Source: Bradymonadales bacterium (GTDB lineage Bacteria > Bdellovibrionota > UBA2394). From it: a DNA stretch of 33,079 nucleotides. The notes beneath the pieces are model-generated. The model did no database searches. It was not told where the DNA came from and worked only from the letters and a program-made list of their open reading frames with translations. The stretch spans positions 1 to 33,079 of the forward strand of contig REDG01000059.1 of NCBI GenBank assembly GCA_007693605.1. Direction: 5' to 3'. How positions within the stretch are numbered: the first letter of the stretch is position 1; each line of letters opens with the position of its first letter. Below are positions 28,079-33,079 of this stretch, piece by piece. Both the position numbers and the translations under genes were made by a program.

Positions 28079-28845
28079 CGAACTTCGGCTCGGTCGGTTT
28101 TGAAAGTAGAGCCAGGCTCGAAACTTCCTTCGCTTGACAGTGTGTAGGCCGTGGCAAAGTTCTCGGTCAGATTGACCACGACCAAGGTCGCAATCGGAAT
28201 CTCAACCGCGCTCGAACCCCTTCCGGTTTCGGTCGCTCGTCGGTAGATCACAAGACGATCGTTCAAACGAAGCCCATGTTTTGAGCCACGGTTTAAGAAA
28301 CTCAATTCGAATGATCCGATAATGCCGGTGTCTTCGGCTCCTGCCATCACAATGCCCCGAATGTCAGATTCGGGTTCGCGCGCTTGTACGGATTGGGTGT
28401 TGGCTCGATAGGGGATCAACTGGTCACCTCGTTGAACATCATCAGACACATTGTAAACCACGGCCTCGACGGCATCTTCAAAGACTCGTGTGATTCGAAG
28501 AAAACCTCGAATCGCAAATCGCTTTGCACCGGCCGAGCCACGAGAACGAACAGAAGAGATTCGTCCCAGGTCTCTAATGATCGTGAAGCGATCTCCGACA
28601 GAGGCTGGGTCGTTCATTCGAACATAGACCCGATCTCGTTCAGTCAGGTACTCGGCCTGACGAAAAGCGTCGATAATCTCTCCGACAGGGTTGAGCGATT
28701 GATCCACAAAGTAATCGACTCTTACGGCCACATCTTTCGAAACATTCGACAGCCGGTCAATCTTTTCTAGCTCTGCAAAACTCTCGCGACCCACGAGCAC
28801 AAGCCCAAAAACGCTAAGAGCCAAAATCAAGTTCTTCTGAAGCAT
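28066..28845 (-). CDS. Exported beta-rich protein resembling the C-terminal domains of TsaP/FlgT-C (no LysM)
   Basis: Signal peptide ending SFA|E; two repeats of the pattern (D.VY/F.N.G...G...GDR..I.R ... G/A.L.V......A.A); adjacent to dprA. Confidence 0.65.
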   Translation of the reverse strand: MLQKNLILALSVFGLVLVGRESFAELEKIDRLSNVSKDVAVRVDYFVDQSLNPVGEIIDAFRQAEYLTERDRVYVRMNDPASVGDRFTIIRDLGRISSVRSRGSAGAKRFAIRGFLRITRVFEDAVEAVVYNVSDDVQRGDQLIPYRANTQSVQAREPESDIRGIVMAGAEDTGIIGSFELSFLNRGSKHGLRLNDRLVIYRRATETGRGSSAVEIPIATLVVVNLTENFATAYTLSSEGSFEPGSTFKTDRAEVRYLE

Positions 28846-29177
28846 TACAAATTCCCCCTAAACCTATTATCTTCGAGCTGACCCTGTTTTCCAATCATTC
28901 GCTCAAGATATTGAAGGCTTTTTGGGATAGAAGCGCCGCCCCAGGGGACTGACGCAAAGGACTCATTCGGGCCTCGTCGGCTGCGGAGTCGCGAGCTGGA
29001 GCTGAGATTTAAGGCCGATGACGCAAGCAGCCTTTCCTTGGACTTTTGATTTTGGAGCTCGGTCCTCAATCTCATCAGCCTCAGAAGCCTCAGGACTTGA
29101 TCTGCTAGTCTGGCACTTTCGTCTCCCGACCCCGGGTAAGCCCTTGAAATAAATAGTCTTTCTGGGGAATGGGCCAA
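28845..29177 (-). CDS. Hypothetical protein (doubtful)
   Basis: Fills the gap and its stop overlaps the next start (TAATG), but it has a TTG start, no clear SD and no recognisable motif. Confidence 0.3.
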   Translation of the reverse strand: MAHSPERLFISRAYPGSGDESARLADQVLRLLRLMRLRTELQNQKSKERLLASSALNLSSSSRLRSRRGPNESFASVPWGGASIPKSLQYLERMIGKQGQLEDNRFRGNL

Positions 29178-29204
29178 TTTTCAAAAACATGCTAAGGGGA
29201 ACCC

Positions 29205-30260
29205 ATGACTCAGACAATCAAGTTGTATCTTGTGGCTGCCGCTTTTGGGGGGCTTGGGATTTGGCTTCTATCGCTTGTTTTTCTCGACTCCGATTCCGAT
29301 CGAGCGGGCCGACAAGCTTCTTCGCCCTCAGAGAGAGCGCGGTCGTCTGCGAGTGCTGTAGGCCCTGAGGGAGTTCGCACTCCTTCTTCTACAGCTCAGT
29401 CCTCGATTTGGAGGGATGAGAGACTCTTTCAAGAGCAGTTGATCGGTCGATATCAGCGGCCGCTTGCGGAGCAGCTTCGCATTGAGGCTGAAGTGGAAAA
29501 AATTGGCGATCTTTTCGTAGAGCGACGCGAATATGAAGCCATGGGAATTCTTCGAGACTTGGTTGAAAAGCATCCGGATGTTCCAGAGTATCGCGCGATG
29601 CTTGGCTACCTTTACTATCGCTGGGACGACTACCCCCGAGCCCGAGAGCAATGGGAAGTAATGGTCGAATTGGATCCGAATAATGAAGTGATTCGAGTTC
29701 GCCTGGCCGACGCCCTGATGGTGCTTGGGGAGTCATCGGCTGCCCGAGAACATCTTCAGTTTTTGCTAAGTAGAAATCCAGGAAACGAGGGTGGGGTTTT
29801 AGGCATGTGGACCTTGATGGACTTCGAGTCTGGCCCAGACGCGGCCCTTCGGTTTGTGGAGTCTCATTATCAGGCGAATCGGAATGAGGCGGGGGCCGCC
29901 AGCGCGTATGGCCAGGCCCTCTTGAGGGCCGGCCAGTTGGATCGGGCCGAACAGGTGCTTCAGAGAAGTTTAGAGAGAAACCCCAATCATTTTAGTAGTC
30001 TCTACCAGCTGTCCTCTTTAAAGGCTCAGGCCGGGAACTTTTCAGAAGCGAGCCGCTACGCCCTGCAGGCCTATCGTGCGGCCCAAACGCCAGCGGACCG
30101 AGACGCCGTGGCCTCTCTTCATACCGAGAGCCTCATTCAAGAGGGGCGATTCGATGAGTATGTCGACTTTTTGGAGCTTCGAGTGGCTGAAAATCCGAAT
30201 GATATCGGACTTCAGGCCCAGCTCGTCAGGGCAAGAAATTTGCGGAATCAATTTCAGTAG
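29205..30260 (+). CDS. Membrane-anchored tetratricopeptide-repeat protein
   Basis: N-terminal TM segment LYLVAAAFGGLGIWLLSLVFL, Ser-rich linker, multiple TPRs (AMLGYLYYRWDDYPRAREQWEVMVELDPNN, AYGQALLRAGQLDRAEQVLQRSLERNPNH). AGGGG SD upstream. Confidence 0.88.
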   Translation: MTQTIKLYLVAAAFGGLGIWLLSLVFLDSDSDRAGRQASSPSERARSSASAVGPEGVRTPSSTAQSSIWRDERLFQEQLIGRYQRPLAEQLRIEAEVEKIGDLFVERREYEAMGILRDLVEKHPDVPEYRAMLGYLYYRWDDYPRAREQWEVMVELDPNNEVIRVRLADALMVLGESSAAREHLQFLLSRNPGNEGGVLGMWTLMDFESGPDAALRFVESHYQANRNEAGAASAYGQALLRAGQLDRAEQVLQRSLERNPNHFSSLYQLSSLKAQAGNFSEASRYALQAYRAAQTPADRDAVASLHTESLIQEGRFDEYVDFLELRVAENPNDIGLQAQLVRARNLRNQFQ

Positions 30261-30357
30261 GGGGGCTTCCGTTTATTCATAGCTGTGCTAAGAATTATTC
30301 AGTCCAACGAGAGCCTGTTTTTGCTGCGTGGAACGAAAAGATTTGAAGGAGAAGAAA

Positions 30358-30714
30358 ATGGCCGAACTGAACAAAGACAAGTTTGAAGAAATGGTAAGAA
30401 ACGGAGAGATCACTCCCAATGTATCGATTCCAGGAATCGATCTTCGAGAGTCGAACTTAAGGTCGGCCTTTTTGGTGGGCGCAGATCTTAACGGAGCCAA
30501 ATTACAGAACTCCAATCTGGCTTGTGCCAATCTAGAGAATGCCAATCTCGAGAACGCCGATCTTCGGGACTGCAATATGAGCTACACCTCTTTTAAAGGC
30601 GCCAACTTAAAAAACGCGAATTTGAAAAAGTCTCGCTTTGAATATACAGACTTTCGAGGGGCCAATCTGCAGGGGACTAATTTTGAGGATACCTCGGGCC
30701 AAAAGATCGTCTAG
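30358..30714 (+). CDS. Pentapeptide-repeat protein
   Basis: A(D/N)Lxx repeats (SNLRS AFLVG ADLNG AKLQN SNLAC ANLEN ANLEN ADLRD). AAGGAG SD before ATG 30358. Confidence 0.92.
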   Translation: MAELNKDKFEEMVRNGEITPNVSIPGIDLRESNLRSAFLVGADLNGAKLQNSNLACANLENANLENADLRDCNMSYTSFKGANLKNANLKKSRFEYTDFRGANLQGTNFEDTSGQKIV

Positions 30715-30746
30715 GCTCTGTCTGCACCACTGATCTGAGCGCTCTA

Positions 30747-30902
30747 GCAGGAGTTTTCGAAGCATCCGCTGGGGACCGCCTAGGATTCCAAACGCCTTCG
30801 ATTCCGTTTTGCGGCCCGCTCCTTCTCGCGACAGAACCATTTACTTCGTTTTGCGACCCAGACGCTCGAAGAGCCCCATCGGCTGGCTTCGAAAACTCCT
30901 GC
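30747..30902. repeat. 156-bp element bounded by perfect 17-bp inverted repeats (long hairpin, MITE-like or ncRNA)
   Basis: GCAGGAGTTTTCGAAGC (30747-30763) and GCTTCGAAAACTCCTGC (30886-30902); pairing continues inward (ATCCGCTGGGG/CCCCATCGGCT). Sits between convergent genes. Confidence 0.7.
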
Positions 30903-30990
30903 CAACAGTCTGTACTGCATCCATCACCGTTCATTCATGTACAGAGAGTAGTTCAGTCCATGGGTTTTGCCAGATTTACCGGTTGGACCA

Positions 30991-31974
30991 CTAGAGGCGG
31001 ATTAAGGTGGCTCCCCATGTAAAGCCGGCGCCAAAGGAGGCCATCAGAATGAGGTCTCCCTTTTTCGCCGTTCCTTCTTCAATCTTTTCGGCCAAACAAG
31101 AGGGGATGGTCGCCGAAGTCGTATTGGCGTAGCGGTCAATATTGACGGCCACCCGATCCATCGGAAGATTCAAACGCTTTGCCGCCGACTCAATGATTCT
31201 GAGATTGGCCTGATGGGGAATAAACCAACGAACTTGGTCGATCGGCACCTTAGCCCTCTCAAGCACCTCTGCAGAGATTTCTGCCATATCCACCACGGCT
31301 CGTTTGTAGACGGCCCGCCCGTCTTGAACCGCAAAATGCTTTCTGGCTTTGACGGTCTCCTCAGAGGTCGGAAGTCGAGAGCCTCCCGCTGGCATATACA
31401 AAGAGGGGAGTCCCGTTCCATCCAAACGCATAATACTCTCTAGAATTCCAGACTCGTCTTCACTCGCTTCAATTAAACTAGCCGTGCCGGCATCCCCAAA
31501 AAGAATGCAGGTCGATCGATCTTGATAGTCCACAATGCTGCTCATTTTCTCTGAAGAGACCAAAAGGAGCTTCTTCGAGCGAGCTGACTCGACCATTCCC
31601 CTCGCCACCTCCAGACCGTAGAGATAGCCGCTGCAGGCCGCCGAGATATCGAAACCCCAGGCCCGAGTGGCGCCAATTTCAGTTTGAATCACACTGGCCG
31701 TGGCCGGAAAGGGGTGGTCAGGGGTGACGGTGGTGACGATGATGAGGTCAATCTCTTCAGGCGAGACCCCCAGTTGTTCGAGCAGCCTTTTCGAGGCCTC
31801 AGCCCCCATGCTGCCGGCACTCTCTTGAGCATGAGCGATTCTTCGCTCCCGAATGCCGGTTCGCTCGACAATCCAAGCATCGTTCGTGTCGACCATCTTC
31901 TCAAGCTCTTGATTTCCCAATTTTTTTTCAGGGAAATAAGAGGCCACCCCGGTGATCTTTGCTCGCAACTGCAT
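30991..31974 (-). CDS. fabH: 3-oxoacyl-ACP synthase III
   Basis: WIVERTGIRERR, DISAACSGY (Cys), DRSTCILFGDAG, PHQANLRII (His), YANTTSATIP (Asn), FGAGFTWG. Confidence 0.97.
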   Translation of the reverse strand: MQLRAKITGVASYFPEKKLGNQELEKMVDTNDAWIVERTGIRERRIAHAQESAGSMGAEASKRLLEQLGVSPEEIDLIIVTTVTPDHPFPATASVIQTEIGATRAWGFDISAACSGYLYGLEVARGMVESARSKKLLLVSSEKMSSIVDYQDRSTCILFGDAGTASLIEASEDESGILESIMRLDGTGLPSLYMPAGGSRLPTSEETVKARKHFAVQDGRAVYKRAVVDMAEISAEVLERAKVPIDQVRWFIPHQANLRIIESAAKRLNLPMDRVAVNIDRYANTTSATIPSCLAEKIEEGTAKKGDLILMASFGAGFTWGATLIRL

Positions 31975-32207
31975 GAAGCAGAGCCTAGTTCAAAAAGCCT
32001 CAATTGAGGAGCCAAAGAAGTCCAAATTGGGAGTGTCGCTAAAGGCCTCTCGGTTTTATCTGTCTTGTCGCTCCTCGGCTTCGCGCATGGGAACCCTTGT
32101 TCGGTCCTCCGGTTTCAAGCTTGGCGACACTCTCAAAATCATTAGGGATTTGACAAGCGAGGGCGCATTTAGTTGTGTGTGAAGGCATTTGGAAAGGGGG
32201 CAGTGCG

Positions 32208-33079
32208 CTGCTAGGTTTTATTGCTCGCCGAGCCTGGGGTTCGGTGTTGACTTTGTTTTTTATTATTACCGTCTCCTTCTTTATGGTGCGGCTCGCTCCT
32301 GGTGGGCCGTTTTCTGCAGAGCGGAGCTTTCCTCCCGAAGTTCTTCGGCAGCTTGAGGCGCAATATGACCTCGATAAACCCATGCTCACCCAGTATTGGC
32401 TTTATATGAAGCGGGTGGTCTTTCAATTCGATCTGGGCCCGTCTTCTCGTTACGCCGATCGCTCGGTGAACGCTCTGATCGCCGAAAAGATTCCCATTAG
32501 CCTAACCTTGGGTTTTGGGGCCCTGGCGGTCGCTCTTCTGGTGGGCCTGTTCGCCGGACTTTTGGCGGCACTCAATCATAACAAGGCTCTCGACTATGTT
32601 CCCATGGGCTTAGCCATGGTGGGGGTGTCCATTCCAGACTTTGTGATGGGCTATATTCTGGTGATCATTTTTGCGATCAATTTGCAGTGGTTTCCGGCGG
32701 CGACGATTGAGAGCTGGGATGGCTTCGTCTTGCCTTGGGTGACTTTGGGCTTGGTCTACGCCGCCTCCATTGCTCGACTCACTCGTGGAGGAATGCTCGA
32801 AACTCTGGGTCAGGATTATATTCGCACGGCTCGCGCCAAGGGGCTGCCCGAGAAGGTCGTACTGCGAAGGCATAGTTTGCAGGGCGGGCTTTTGCCTCTG
32901 GTGTCTTATCTCGGGCCTGCTACCGCAGGCATTTTGACTGGAAGTATTGTGATTGAGAATATCTTTGCGATTCCGGGCTTGGGAAATCTGCTGATTGAGT
33001 CGGCGACCAACCCAGACTATACATTGGCGTTGGGCTGCGTGATTGTGTTTGCGGTTTTTGTGATCGCCTATAATTTCTT
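32208..33079 (+). CDS. oppB: Oligopeptide ABC transporter permease OppB (partial, runs off the window)
   Basis: Read manually: LLGFIARRAWGSVLTLFFIITVSFFMVRLAPGGPFSAER...DLGPS...; EAA-loop region RGGMLETLGQDYIRTARAKGLPEKVVLRRH. No stop before the window end. Start uncertain (CTG 32208 or GTG 32175). Confidence 0.93.
   Translation, partial: MLGFIARRAWGSVLTLFFIITVSFFMVRLAPGGPFSAERSFPPEVLRQLEAQYDLDKPMLTQYWLYMKRVVFQFDLGPSSRYADRSVNALIAEKIPISLTLGFGALAVALLVGLFAGLLAALNHNKALDYVPMGLAMVGVSIPDFVMGYILVIIFAINLQWFPAATIESWDGFVLPWVTLGLVYAASIARLTRGGMLETLGQDYIRTARAKGLPEKVVLRRHSLQGGLLPLVSYLGPATAGILTGSIVIENIFAIPGLGNLLIESATNPDYTLALGCVIVFAVFVIAYNF

Noticed and set aside
30520..30565. 15-bp tandem DNA repeats (GCCAATCTAGAGAAT-like)
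   Set aside because: Explained by pentapeptide coding repeats; not a CRISPR or VNTR element.
30607..30994. Small ORFs across the inverted-repeat region
   Set aside because: They overlap neighbouring genes and lack recognisable features; the region is better explained as a non-coding structured element.

Overview
Bacterial chromosomal window. The gene style (myxobacterial-type J-domain/TPR protein, Hsp70 paralog, TsaP-like protein, TrmFO, TopA with C-terminal repeats) suggests a deltaproteobacterial lineage such as Bdellovibrionota or Myxococcota; this is inference only. The housekeeping backbone is ftsK, tatA, an RluA-family synthase, a lidless Hsp70 with a J/TPR co-chaperone, xerC/D, trmFO, topA, dprA, a LysM-less TsaP-like protein, a TPR protein, a pentapeptide-repeat protein, fabH and a partial oppB that the ORF track missed. 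Between topA and dprA lies a ~15 kb co-oriented accessory block of three genes, all with export signals: (1) a secreted protein with an internal two-fold repeat; (2) a signal-peptide-bearing AAA+ ATPase that looks like a degenerate ClpB D1/M-domain fused to an intact classic-clade AAA domain, preceded by a good sigma54 promoter; (3) a 3693-aa lipoprotein with a central hydrophobic helical cluster and a possible HPD-less J-like C-terminus. This block is the best candidate for an undescribed system. Two structured intergenic elements (1-156 and 30747-30902) are also present. No rRNA, tRNA, CRISPR array or transposase was seen.
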